Under the pieces are notes generated by a model. That model did not search any database, had not been told where the DNA came from, and saw nothing but the letters and a program-made list of their open reading frames with translations. This document shows, piece by piece, positions 10,047 through 19,822 of a stretch of DNA of 64,000 nucleotides. Source of the DNA: an uncultured bacterium (lineage in GTDB: Bacteria; Babelota; Babeliae; Babelales; Babelaceae); contig CAWGPQ010000008.1 in the NCBI GenBank assembly GCA_963824495.1, positions 1 through 64,000 on the forward strand, read 5' to 3'. Position 1 is the stretch's first letter, and each line of letters opens with the position of its first letter. Both the position numbers and the translations under genes were made by a program.

Positions 10047-10121
10047 GCCGGGGTAGCTCAGTGGTAGAGCAGAAGCCTGAAGAGCTTTGTGTCGATGGTT
10101 CAATTCCGTCTCCCGGCACCA
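10047..10121 (+). tRNA. tRNA-Phe(GAA)
   Basis: GCCGGGG...TCCCGGC-ACCA, D arm AGCTCAGTGGTAGAGC, anticodon loop CT-GAA-GA, T arm GGTTCAATTCC. Confidence 0.96.
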
Positions 10122-10217
10122 TTTTTGTTGTGTCGCATAAGTAAACCTTTTGATTCTTCACGAGTTATAGTATGGTTGTCAAGACCATACCAACCCTATG
10201 CTATTAAAGGTTTAACT

Positions 10218-10880
10218 ATGACACAGACTCCATCCGATAAGTATACCATTGCATGGTTTAAGCTTGCTGAGTTTGTTAGAAATAAAGAAAAAGAACGAGC
10301 GTTAGGGGTATATCGTCTCCTTGTTCATTCTTTGTCCGATGAGGCATTTGCTGCTCAACTTGAAGGAGATCTTTTGCTTGCTTTTCATGACGATAAAGCT
10401 CGTGAATCGTATATTAGAGCAGCTTGTTTATATGAACAGGAGGGTAAGCTGACACAGGCAGTGGCTATCTATGAACATTTATTAACACTTGAGCCAGAAT
10501 CATTTGAATATTTAGTGAAAGTGGTACAGCTCTACGATCATATGAAAAGTGAGATTAAAGTTGTGCGTTGCCTAGCAAGTCTTGTTCGATTGCTTTTAAA
10601 AAGAGGATGTATTGAGCAAGCACATACAAGTATAGAAGAATGTAGGGTGCCCGATACGCGAAAGATACTGTTACACGAGCAGTTTGTTATAGGCATCTTA
10701 GCATATCCTAACTACGATAAGGTCCTGCTTGATTATCATATGACTATTGTTCTTGATGCGCGTAAAACTGAGCCTAGCTTACAAAATCTTACGCTCTTCT
10801 TGTCACATATTGCCCACCTTAACCCTACAGTGTATGCTACCGCTTGCGCTGCTTTGCAGCAATCAGCCCGACTAGCGTAA
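10218..10880 (+). CDS. TPR-like helical repeat protein
   Basis: ATG 10218; LYEQEGKLTQAVAIYEHLLTLEP TPR pattern; the track start overlaps tRNA-Phe. Confidence 0.7.
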   Translation: MTQTPSDKYTIAWFKLAEFVRNKEKERALGVYRLLVHSLSDEAFAAQLEGDLLLAFHDDKARESYIRAACLYEQEGKLTQAVAIYEHLLTLEPESFEYLVKVVQLYDHMKSEIKVVRCLASLVRLLLKRGCIEQAHTSIEECRVPDTRKILLHEQFVIGILAYPNYDKVLLDYHMTIVLDARKTEPSLQNLTLFLSHIAHLNPTVYATACAALQQSARLA

Positions 10881-10901
10881 CAGGATAAAGGGTACTGTAG
10901 A

Positions 10902-11243
10902 TCAGGTGCCTGGCAGGCATAGGCTAAGTATAATAGTACGCAACTGAGAAAAGCTCAGCGTCATAGCTTCTTTTTTGATAAAGATAATCCAATCGCATCC
11001 TCTTTCGTATATCTTATGCTCATAAAAGATAGCCTTAATACGACGCCGTATGCGTGCTCGTTGGGGTGCAGTACCGCTTTTTCGGGGAGTTATGATTAAA
11101 AGACGCCCAATTCCAATGTTCGATGAAGCAGGAGCTAACCGAATATCAAGTCCAGAATAGCGGTGACTTCGACCTGCTGTTTTAAAGAGGTTGCTGATCT
11201 CTTGTTTGGTCCATAGTGTACAAGATCGTGCAATGCTGGGCAT
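10902..11243 (-). CDS. rnpA: Ribonuclease P protein component
   Basis: PRKSGTAPQRARIRRRIK (RNR motif variant); follows rpmH. Confidence 0.88.
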   Translation of the reverse strand: MPSIARSCTLWTKQEISNLFKTAGRSHRYSGLDIRLAPASSNIGIGRLLIITPRKSGTAPQRARIRRRIKAIFYEHKIYERGCDWIIFIKKEAMTLSFSQLRTIILSLCLPGT

Positions 11244-11247
11244 AGTT

Positions 11248-11388
11248 TCATGCGTGAACAGCTAATCGCCTTCTCCCTTGTGCGCGCCGACGATTAATAA
11301 TCTTTCTGCCATCATGCGTGGCCATTCTCATTAGAAAACCGTGCTTTCTGTTTCTTTTTTTAGATTTGAGTTTAAATGTTACTGACAT
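11248..11388 (-). CDS. rpmH: 50S ribosomal protein L34 (46 aa), not in the ORF track
   Basis: [46 protein letters not shown]. Confidence 0.96.
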   Translation of the reverse strand: MSVTFKLKSKKRNRKHGFLMRMATHDGRKIINRRRAQGRRRLAVHA

Positions 11389-11502
11389 GAGCTATATCCT
11401 TGTAAAGAGCACAATAAATAAAAATGGTAGTACGTATCTATTTTAAAGCAAAAATCGATTTTTTTCAAATGCGAGCTCGTAAGCTCGTAAGCGGGGCGAG
11501 TG

Positions 11503-12438
11503 TCAATCTATAATATTTTTTAAGTATTCTTCAGCATCAAGAGCTGCCATACAGCCGCTACTCGCTGACGTGATTGCTTGTCGATAGCGATAATCAACAA
11601 CATCACCGGCAGCAAAAATACCAGGTACTGACGTTTGGGTATGAAGTTTCTGAACGATATAGCCCCAATCATCAAGTTCAAGCTTACCCTTAACAAGTCC
11701 TGTATTGGGATGCATACCAATAGCGATAAAGGCAGCGTTAACAGGCAAGACCTGCTGGATTCCTGTCTGCTTGTTCATAATAGTGGCTTGTGTTACATGT
11801 TGACCGTTACCATCAAAAGCCGTGATCGTGCTATGATAGATAACATTAATAAAGGGATATTTAAGCACTTTATCTTGCATTGCAGGAGAAGCAGTCAGCT
11901 TGTCCAGAATATGGACAACAGTTATTTTTTTGGTAAAGTGGGTCATAAATGAGGCTGCTTCCATAGCGCTATCGCCGCCACCTACGACCAGAATAGGCTT
12001 GTCGGTATAAAAGGCGCCATCACAGACAGCACAGCTTGTAATCCCTCTGCCCCAATAGGTATCTTCACCAGGAACATGAAGTCTTCGAGGAGTTGCTCCC
12101 GTTGCAATAATAATGGCGTAGGCTAAAATCTTCTCATGCTTGTCAGTAGTTACTATAAAGGGTCTCTGTGTTATATCGATATCAATAATCTCTTGAAAGA
12201 GAAGTCGTGTACCAAAGTGTTGAGCATGTTCACGCATGGTACGCATAAGTTGTGGTCCAAGAACACTGATATCGCCTGGCCAATTTTCAACGGCCGTGGT
12301 GCCCGTCAGCTGACCACCCGGTGTATCGCCCTCAAAAACCAAGGGTTCAAGATGGGAGCGGGCAGCATAAAGGGCAGCAGTAAGCCCAGCAGGTCCTGAG
12401 CCAATAATCACCAGTTTTTCAATAGTTTTGACATCCAC
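11503..12438 (-). CDS. trxB: Thioredoxin-disulfide reductase
   Basis: IIGSGPAG, CAVCDG, VGGGDSA, FAAGDV, YRQAITSA. Confidence 0.97.
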   Translation of the reverse strand: MDVKTIEKLVIIGSGPAGLTAALYAARSHLEPLVFEGDTPGGQLTGTTAVENWPGDISVLGPQLMRTMREHAQHFGTRLLFQEIIDIDITQRPFIVTTDKHEKILAYAIIIATGATPRRLHVPGEDTYWGRGITSCAVCDGAFYTDKPILVVGGGDSAMEAASFMTHFTKKITVVHILDKLTASPAMQDKVLKYPFINVIYHSTITAFDGNGQHVTQATIMNKQTGIQQVLPVNAAFIAIGMHPNTGLVKGKLELDDWGYIVQKLHTQTSVPGIFAAGDVVDYRYRQAITSASSGCMAALDAEEYLKNIID

Positions 12439-12442
12439 GTTT

Positions 12443-13753
12443 TCATACCTTTCTTGTCAAATAACTAATTACTTGGTTAAGCGTCTTTTCCCTGAGGCAA
12501 TGCTGCCGTAATAACTCCATAGGTAATGGCGTCTCTTGACTCCTAATTTTAGTTAGAGGCAAGTCAAAGTAAACGAACTCTTTCGTTCGTGGACGCTTCA
12601 TGAGATTAAGATATGAAATAATATCGTCTTGTGTTACCTGAATGTTTTCTTGGTAGGTAATATGATCTATGAGAATAGTTTCTTTAAGTTGCTTTTCGGC
12701 AAGCATACGAACTTTTTGCTTAAAATCGTTTTGTGCTTTATACACGTGATAATCAGGATTAATATGGACAGCATCGAGCACTATATACTGTTGTCGTTTA
12801 ATAAGATAATCAGGAATCATAATTGGATGATGGGTCAAGAGAACCTTAAAAATAGCTTCGATAATTTCACGTCGTTGGGAAAGATCATTGCGATACGAAA
12901 ATACCTCAATAAGTTTAAGATGTGTTTCTTTGGCAGTTTTGAGCTTAAAATGACGCTTAAACTGCTCAAGTGAAAAAAACGCAGCAGGAACGCGATCCTT
13001 AATATGTATACCAAATGTATAATGAGTATCAAGCATAGTGCTTATATAATTTTGTAAAAATAGATTGCTCGCGGTAAATATATCGCCCACTTTTTTGTTT
13101 AAGAGAACTTGCTGTGCGTCACGGTCTGCTTCTTCATCACCAATCTTAAGCCAAAGGGTATCTTTATAATCGAGAAACAAAGGGTTAGGGGCAGTACTGT
13201 CCTCCAGCCATAGGTCAAAGCATACCCAGTCGCCAATCTGAATTTCGGATGTAATAGACTGTTGAGACCGCTCATGCTCTTCCTTAAGAAAAGTCGTTAC
13301 TTGGCGGTCAAGATCTTTATAATTTTTGCGTTCAGGGCATTTGAAGGGTAGTCTTTTCCAATCATGTTTAAGATCATATAGGGTAATAGTAGGAAGCTCA
13401 AACGAAAAGTAGGCACCTTCAGTAGGCTTAATAATAGCATCTTTAAGTAAGGGCTCACCAACAACGACAAGCTTATGCTGGTAGAGCTGTCTATAAAGAA
13501 AATTAATAACGCAGTGAGTAAAGAAGAATTCTTTTAAATGCTCGGTTAAATGGGGTTTAAAGGTGTGCTGAATGTAGGCTAAAGGGGTAGCGCCTTTGGA
13601 AAAGCCATAGGTCTGTATATCTTCACGATGAGCTTGTAGTGCATGATGATACATACGTTCCACAAAAGCACGCCCTATAGCTATGGTTGCAAGCGAACGA
13701 TCAGCATGTGGCTGACTGAGGGTAAACGTGAGATTATTTTCACCATAAACCAT
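12443..13753 (-). CDS. tig: Divergent trigger-factor-like chaperone
   Basis: GFSKGATP (cf. GFRKGKVP), IQIGDWVCFD FKBP-like segment, helical C-terminus, 436 aa. Confidence 0.7.
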   Translation of the reverse strand: MVYGENNLTFTLSQPHADRSLATIAIGRAFVERMYHHALQAHREDIQTYGFSKGATPLAYIQHTFKPHLTEHLKEFFFTHCVINFLYRQLYQHKLVVVGEPLLKDAIIKPTEGAYFSFELPTITLYDLKHDWKRLPFKCPERKNYKDLDRQVTTFLKEEHERSQQSITSEIQIGDWVCFDLWLEDSTAPNPLFLDYKDTLWLKIGDEEADRDAQQVLLNKKVGDIFTASNLFLQNYISTMLDTHYTFGIHIKDRVPAAFFSLEQFKRHFKLKTAKETHLKLIEVFSYRNDLSQRREIIEAIFKVLLTHHPIMIPDYLIKRQQYIVLDAVHINPDYHVYKAQNDFKQKVRMLAEKQLKETILIDHITYQENIQVTQDDIISYLNLMKRPRTKEFVYFDLPLTKIRSQETPLPMELLRQHCLREKTLNQVISYLTRKV

Positions 13754-13778
13754 AGGATATTTCTCCTTTTTTTATCCT

Positions 13779-13864
13779 TGGTGCAAGAGGAGGGACTCGA
13801 ACCCCCATTCTCTTACGAGACTGGATCCTAAGTCCAGCGCGTCTACCACTTCCGCCACTCTTGC
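13779..13864 (-). tRNA. tRNA-Leu(TAG)
   Basis: Reverse complement GCAAGAGTGGCGGAAGTGGTAGACGCGCTGGACTTAGGATCCAG...CTCTTGCACCA with long variable arm. Confidence 0.96.
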
Positions 13865-13874
13865 TCATATACTG

Positions 13875-13950
13875 TGGTGGGCTGCCTTGGACTCGAACCA
13901 AGAACCTGCAGATTAAGAGTCTGTTGCTCTACCACTTGAGCTAGCAGCCC
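13875..13950 (-). tRNA. tRNA-Lys(CTT)
   Basis: Reverse complement GGGCTGCTAGCTCAAGTGGTAGAGCAACAGACTCTTAATCTG...GCAGCCCACCA. Confidence 0.96.
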
Positions 13951-14052
13951 ATATGTGCTTATAGCCCGTACTATATCGTGCTTCATTGAGATTATCGTTA
14001 GTATACTTATAGTACTACAAAAAGCCCAAAAGATAAAGTCTCATATCTCATA

Positions 14053-14640
14053 TTACATGGTTTTTAGTTCGTGTTCTTTCTTAGCACTTAGTTTGTCAGC
14101 GCTATCTATTGACCGATCAGTAATTTTTTGGAGAATATCCTGCAAGCGCTTGCTATAATCCTCTGATATTTTTTTACTTTTTTCAGCATCACGAATAAGA
14201 TTGTGAAAATCTTTACGAATTGCTCGTAAGCCTACTTTACTTTCTTCGAGCTTTTTACTAACGGCTTTAATAAGCTCATCGCGTCGGGCCGTGCTCATGC
14301 GTGGAAGCTGCAGACGTATAAGGGTACCATCGGTAATGGGACTGGTGCCTATGTCAGAGGCAGCAAGTGCCTTTTCTATATCTGGTATAATCGTTTTGTC
14401 CCAAGGCTGTATCAAGAGGGTTTGAGCGTCAGGGGCAGAAAGTGAAGCTAGTTCCCGTAATGGCATAACGTTGCCGTAGGCAGAAACTCGAATATCTTCA
14501 AGTAAACTTGTTTGTGCCCGACCGGTACGTATTTTGCTCAGCTCTTTCTCAAAATGCTTGAGCGGTTTGTCCATTTCGGCTTCCACAGCTTTTTCGAAAG
14601 GCTTAGTATTTGCGCCTTCAACAAATGCAAATGAGACCAT
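14053..14640 (-). CDS. frr: Ribosome recycling factor
   Basis: LSKIRTGRA, IQPWDK, IEKAL, KKEHELKTM. Confidence 0.96.
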   Translation of the reverse strand: MVSFAFVEGANTKPFEKAVEAEMDKPLKHFEKELSKIRTGRAQTSLLEDIRVSAYGNVMPLRELASLSAPDAQTLLIQPWDKTIIPDIEKALAASDIGTSPITDGTLIRLQLPRMSTARRDELIKAVSKKLEESKVGLRAIRKDFHNLIRDAEKSKKISEDYSKRLQDILQKITDRSIDSADKLSAKKEHELKTM

Positions 14641-14662
14641 GTGGTTCCTTATACTTTATACC

Positions 14663-15259
14663 TTACTCACCAACCTCAAAACGGGAGAAACGCCTAATTT
14701 TGATACTTTCTCCCATTTTGGCAATAAAATCTTTCAGGACATCGCCAACAGTGAGCTGATCGTTTTTGACAAAAGGTTGCTTGAGAAGGCAAACCTCAGT
14801 ATAGAGCTTTTGAACTTTACCCTCAACAATCTGGTTAATACCATGGTGCGGTTTATTAGTTGCTGCAAGCTGGGCAATAAAAATAGCTTTTTCATGCTCA
14901 ATAAAAGCAGGATCGACATCTTCAGGTGTTATACACCGTGGTTTCCCTGCTGCGATATGTAGACAAATATCATGGGCAAACTGTTTCATATCTTCACTGC
15001 GAGCAACAAAGTCGGTTTCACAGTCAATTTCAATAAGAACTCCAATAGTTGCTCCAGGATGAATATATGCATGAACAATACCCTCAGCTGTTGCGTTTCC
15101 TGCTCGTTTTTCGGCAACTGCTGCTCCTTTTTTGCGTAGAACATCAACGGCTTTCTCGATATCTCCTTCACTTTCAATGAGGGCTTTTTTGCATTCCATC
15201 ATGCCGCAGCCTGTTCGTTCACGTAATTTTTGAATAAGATCAAGATCGACTTTTACCAT
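14663..15259 (-). CDS. tsf: Elongation factor Ts (short form)
   Basis: LRERTGCGMMECKKAL, CETDFVAR, IKIRRFSRFEVGE. Confidence 0.97.
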   Translation of the reverse strand: MVKVDLDLIQKLRERTGCGMMECKKALIESEGDIEKAVDVLRKKGAAVAEKRAGNATAEGIVHAYIHPGATIGVLIEIDCETDFVARSEDMKQFAHDICLHIAAGKPRCITPEDVDPAFIEHEKAIFIAQLAATNKPHHGINQIVEGKVQKLYTEVCLLKQPFVKNDQLTVGDVLKDFIAKMGESIKIRRFSRFEVGE

Positions 15260-15450
15260 GCTTATGCCTTATAGTAGAGAGTTTCTTGTGTATGAAAAAG
15301 TATATACTACCTATCGACTATAAGTTTGCCAAAAAGAACTTTTTTCGGCAATGGGCCGCAATGCCTCGCAATGAATCAGGGTAGAGCATAGCTCATGCAC
15401 GGGAAGCAAGAATCAAGCAGGGCAACATGTGGGTTAATCTAATGTGTGTT

Positions 15451-16110
15451 TTACTCCAAAGGTGGTACCGGTGGTGCTGGATGATGCGTTCGTTTTGCAT
15501 ATACCCTACAAGGGGCCTTTCGCAGATCAAGCCCGAGCATAATTAATGAAACACCACTGAAAATTAGATCAAGTCCGATAAACGCTCCAATTACCCAGAG
15601 CGATGAGGTTGGCCATTGAGCCCAGACGAGACCACCAAGCACTACGCCAATAATCCCGCTTATAAGTACCCAATACCAGTTATCAATATCTATACTCAGC
15701 GCTATGCTAATTCTAATCAAGCCTGCTACAATAAAGAATATCGCAAGTAACAGTGTTAATGAGAGGGCGCTTTCCAGAGGGCTTGCCACCATAAGAGAGC
15801 CGGCAGCTGTACTTAAGATCCCCATTGACAGCAGTAAAAAGAATCCTCGCCATCTCTTAACTCGAAACGCCTGTATAACTTGGGCTAGTCCTCCAATAAT
15901 CAAAAGAGTACCCAATGAAACAATGCTAACCACTGTTGTTGAAAACGTTGACCCTAGAGCTAGGGCACCCAACACCAAGAGAAGAACCCCAATGGTAAGG
16001 AACCACCCAATATTATGACAGAGGTCTCTGAATTCACCAGGCGTAAGATGTTCAGTAAAATGAACATAAGATATTTCAGTAATGGATGAGTCGTTAAATT
16101 TGTCAGCCAT
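15451..16110 (-). CDS. HdeD/DUF308 family membrane protein
   Basis: Six TM segments; GWFLTIG and WPTSSLWVIGAFIGLDLIFSG motifs. Confidence 0.88.
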   Translation of the reverse strand: MADKFNDSSITEISYVHFTEHLTPGEFRDLCHNIGWFLTIGVLLLVLGALALGSTFSTTVVSIVSLGTLLIIGGLAQVIQAFRVKRWRGFFLLLSMGILSTAAGSLMVASPLESALSLTLLLAIFFIVAGLIRISIALSIDIDNWYWVLISGIIGVVLGGLVWAQWPTSSLWVIGAFIGLDLIFSGVSLIMLGLDLRKAPCRVYAKRTHHPAPPVPPLE

Positions 16111-16483
16111 TTTTTGTCTCCTTTAGAAAGTATTTTTAGAAAATATTTTAAATATCCATCTATTAATATTTTACAATATGAATTAATCAAGATGCAAGGG
16201 TTTTATGCAAAATTTTTAGGGCAATTGCACGAACCATGCTATTACCACAAGGGTTTTGCCAAAAATTTAGTGAAAAGCTGAAGCGTCTTAGGTGACGGGG
16301 TCGTTGTCATAGGAGTCCATGGCATCGGGAACTTATCACGTTGCGCCAACGACCGTATTGCAGGCTGCCTCTGGACAGAAAATTAAAATCTGCTAAAATT
16401 AATCATAATCTTGATCTTATCTTGATCTTGTTCTAGTTCTAGAGTTTTTAAGTATTACATATTACTACGAGGTTTTTCTTTCC

Positions 16484-16837
16484 ATGAATCAGGCCAGCAC
16501 TAAGGACATACCAACCCAGTCATATGCCATTTTTAAAACAGGCGGCAAGCAATATCAGGCGAAAGTTAACGAAACCATTGCTATCGAAAAGCTCAATGCA
16601 GATGTTGGCACTTCTATAGTATTTGATGAAGTACTCTTGCGTAAAATCGTAACCCCTGAAGGTGAAGTTGCTATCCAGATAGGCCAGCCTTATCTTACTA
16701 CACCTATTACGGCACGTATTGTTAAACATCTTCGTGGCCCCAAAGTCATCGCTTTTAAGTTTAAGCGACGCAAGAAGTATAAACGTAAACAAGGCCACCG
16801 TCAGCCAGTTACTGTTGTCCGTATAGAGGCTATCTAG
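16484..16837 (+). CDS. rplU: 50S ribosomal protein L21
   Basis: YAIFKTGGKQY, FKFKRRKKYKRKQGHRQ. Confidence 0.97.
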   Translation: MNQASTKDIPTQSYAIFKTGGKQYQAKVNETIAIEKLNADVGTSIVFDEVLLRKIVTPEGEVAIQIGQPYLTTPITARIVKHLRGPKVIAFKFKRRKKYKRKQGHRQPVTVVRIEAI

Positions 16838-17625
16838 GCTCTGTTGAGTTTTTATCGTAGCCATATGAAAGCCCCGACAAATACAACAAAAGCAGCAAAG
16901 TTACGAGCTGATTTGTCAAAGCGTGAGAAGACTCGCCTGAAGTATTTTATTTTAGAAAAAAAGCATTCAACAACATGACGTTCTTTGTAAATATATTTAT
17001 CATATTTGCTCGGAGCTCATTTGAATCGTAACCCTTATCTGCTATTACATAAGAACCAGCAACATCTTTTAGGAGAGCGTCTGCTTGGGTAATATGGTTG
17101 TGTTGGCCAGCTGTAATAATGAGTTGTAAGAGATTACCCAAAGAGTCAACCTTTACATGAAGTTTGCAGCTAAAGCCACCCTTGCTGCGGCCTAGCCCTT
17201 CTGTCTCTTGATCTCCATAGCCGGCAGCGCATGCATGTGCTCGTAATATTGTTGCATCAATTATTATGTACTCCAAATCCGGATCTTGAGCACAAAATTT
17301 AAGCAAGTCATCCCAAACTTGATTCTTGCTCCATTCATTAAACCTTTTAAATACACTGTTCCACTTACCATACGCATCTGGCAACTCTCTCCATTGGGCT
17401 CCCGTTCTTGCCATCCAAAACACCGATTCTATAAATCTTTTACACTTTTCTTCTTTACCTACATATACCTTTGGGCATCCTTGAAGAAAGGTCAAAATTT
17501 TGCTCCAGGCTTCTTTCTTGATATACTCTTTTTCCATGATAGTACCGATTATTTAAAGGTTAGACTCTTTTTTTTCGGTACTGTCATGCCTCAAATCTTC
17601 ATGCCTGCAAAAACTCAACAGAACC
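16837..17625 (-). mobile_element. IS5-family element with both IRs, TA duplication and an internal 64-bp deletion
   Basis: IRs GGCTCTGTTGAGTTTT / AAAACTCAACAGAACC flanked by TA (CTAG context); transposase starts at 17537; the segment equal to 4775-4838 is missing at 17009/17010. Confidence 0.93.
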
Positions 17626-17816
17626 TAGTAAGCTACTCAATATAAATTTTTTACAAAAGATGACAGAATCACAAAAAGAAGAGTTACGCTCAAACATTTT
17701 TTAAATATAAGTTTTTTGGTGTTCATGAAACTTTATTATTGACAAAATGAAATTAGAATAGATATGATAATTATTAGATATATTTTTAATCTCTTAACCA
17801 ATAGAGAGAGATTTAT

Positions 17817-17876
17817 ATGAAGATACTACGTTATCTAGCAATATCATTGGGATTATTGAGTTCAATTAGTGTCTGA
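17817..17876 (+). pseudogene. Signal-peptide remnant of the 17920/20848 family
   Basis: MKILRYLAISLGLLSSISV*; leader DNA resembles that of 17920 and 20848; TTGACA-18-TATGAT at 17739-17768. Confidence 0.6.
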
Positions 17877-17919
17877 GCACTATAGTTAGTGTAATCTTTT
17901 AACTAATAGGGAGCATCAT

Positions 17920-18726
17920 ATGAATACATTATATTATGTAACACTATCTTTGGGGCTGTTAAGCCCACTAGCAAGCGCTATCATGAGCGCCCAAGTTCCA
18001 ACTGAGCAGGAAATAGACCGGTTAAGCGCTGAAGTAAAAGCAGAAGCAAGAGCTGATATCGATCAATGGTACAGAGACTACGTAGCATCGTTATCTGTTG
18101 ACCATCAAAGAGATATTATGGAATATATCGCTCGTGCCATCGAAATAGAAAAATCTTTGCTAAAACCAATTTGCCGGTTTACTGCAAGTGGATGGCAATG
18201 GGACTGGTACAGCATAGTACCTCATGATCATGAACATGAAATAGATGTGGATGACAGTATTACTAGTACCATCAAAATGAACCCATCTTTGCTGGAACCA
18301 ATTTGCCGGACTGTTACTAGTCAAGCAGAATTAGACCTACTACGTAAGCAATCAGAAGCAATACTTGAGGAATTAGGCGCAACAACTAAGGAACAGGTCT
18401 TCAATACCCCGGTAGAACCCGCTCTTGATGCTCTGGATACCACTATAGGAAAAATACTTGCATATCATCGGCCACATATAGACGCGATGTTCATGGGGGA
18501 TTATTATAAGCTAAGATTTCTAGCAGAGTTTATCATAGATTTTAATAGAATGGAAATAACGCTGGAGTTCTACCGAGCACTTTACTTCAACTTTATCAAC
18601 CCTACCGTACAACGGGGGCTGCCAAATCCTGATGAGCTACAGCCATCCGTCCGCTTATATGCGCTACTCGAACCAATCTTTAAAGAATACCATGCTCACT
18701 ATTACTACTATCATGGGGAGTTATAG
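17920..18726 (+). CDS. Hypothetical secreted protein, C-terminus HGEL
   Basis: Signal peptide MNTLYYVTLSLGLLSPLASA; paralog of 20848-21436. Confidence 0.8.
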   Translation: MNTLYYVTLSLGLLSPLASAIMSAQVPTEQEIDRLSAEVKAEARADIDQWYRDYVASLSVDHQRDIMEYIARAIEIEKSLLKPICRFTASGWQWDWYSIVPHDHEHEIDVDDSITSTIKMNPSLLEPICRTVTSQAELDLLRKQSEAILEELGATTKEQVFNTPVEPALDALDTTIGKILAYHRPHIDAMFMGDYYKLRFLAEFIIDFNRMEITLEFYRALYFNFINPTVQRGLPNPDELQPSVRLYALLEPIFKEYHAHYYYYHGEL

Positions 18727-18746
18727 GTAACTTCACAAGATGCTAA

Positions 18747-18768
18747 AGAGGGAGTATGTGCTCCCTCT
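18747..18768 (+). terminator. Terminator-like hairpin
   Basis: AGAGGGAG-TATGTG-CTCCCTCT 20 bp after the stop; a related hairpin follows 21436. Confidence 0.5.
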
Positions 18769-19003
18769 CTCGGTGTATAGAATATTACTAAAAGAATAGA
18801 AAGCAATGCCTAAAAAAGAGCAAACGCAAGAGAAGCCTCAGGCGAGCACATTAAGAATGCATGACCAACAGATATCCAAAAGCACGATCAACTTATAGCT
18901 TTATAGGGTCAAGCGAAAGATAAAAGAGAAGGCTCGCGGAAATTTAGAGAAAAACTTAATAGTGATCCCACAATACCGTAAATCTATAGTCATATTAACA
19001 AAG

Positions 19004-19555
19004 CTAACGACTACGTCGCTGATAGCGACCCATAAGCTCAGTTTGAGCTATGATGTGATTGTGTATAGCTTGTAAGAGCTCGTCTTTCGTTATACCTGGT
19101 CGTGCATCAAGCACAGTATCTAAAGCATAGAGGGTAAAAAAGTAACGGTGCGAACCGGATGGCGGGCATGGAGGCGTATAACCAATCTTTCGAGCACTGT
19201 TAATTCCCTGCCGAGCACCATCAGCAAGTTCCTGACGAGGGGGTATACCTTGCTCAAGCACGTGCCGTGTTGGCAGTATATTAAAAATTACCCAATGAAC
19301 AAATGGCTGTGCCATTGGCGCATCAGGATCATCTACTATAAGTGCTAGGCTTTCTGTGCCTTTTGGAACCCCAGACCAGGAAAGCTCAGGTGATATACCC
19401 TGGCCATCACAGGTATACACAGATGGTATAGTACCCCTATTTTCAAAAGCAGTACTTACAAGCGCAAAATCCATTGCACATGCCCTTTCGTAATAAAATG
19501 CCGCAAGAGATAGCATTACAAGACCTGATAGATATAAAGCACACGACTGTTTCAT
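19004..19555 (-). CDS. YbhB/YbcL family (PEBP) protein
   Basis: SPELSW, VDDPDAP, FVHWV, PPCPPSGSHRYFFTLYALD. Confidence 0.93.
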   Translation of the reverse strand: MKQSCALYLSGLVMLSLAAFYYERACAMDFALVSTAFENRGTIPSVYTCDGQGISPELSWSGVPKGTESLALIVDDPDAPMAQPFVHWVIFNILPTRHVLEQGIPPRQELADGARQGINSARKIGYTPPCPPSGSHRYFFTLYALDTVLDARPGITKDELLQAIHNHIIAQTELMGRYQRRSR

Positions 19556-19685
19556 ATATTTACCTTTTAGATAATAACATGATCAATTATATATTTAATT
19601 ATAAAATAATTGTTCTTAATAATGCAAGAAATTTGTTCTAGTAGCATCAATTTTGGCTTTACATAGATGATCCCTTCATCTCAGA

Positions 19686-19783
19686 TCAACAAAACCTTCT
19701 TCAAGCAAGAATCCTTCAAACTGTACATCTGACCGATCTTCATAGAACTTTTTGAGTCGTTCACCATCGTTGATACAATCGCT
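19686..19783 (-). pseudogene. Diverged ~100-bp duplicate of the MshEN-domain gene
   Basis: Similar to ~21910-22007 (TCAACAAAACCTTCTTCAAGCAAGAAT...CTTTTTGAGTCGTTC). Confidence 0.8.
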
Positions 19784-19822
19784 CTGGCAGTTTTCAATTT
19801 AAAATAAATGTAATAATAATTA

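Noticed and set aside
10089..10217. N-terminal extension of the TPR-like ORF
   Set aside because: Overlaps tRNA-Phe; ATG 10218 is the plausible start
18787..18897. Small ORF MPKKEQTQEK...
   Set aside because: About 30 aa, no recognisable motif, looks degraded
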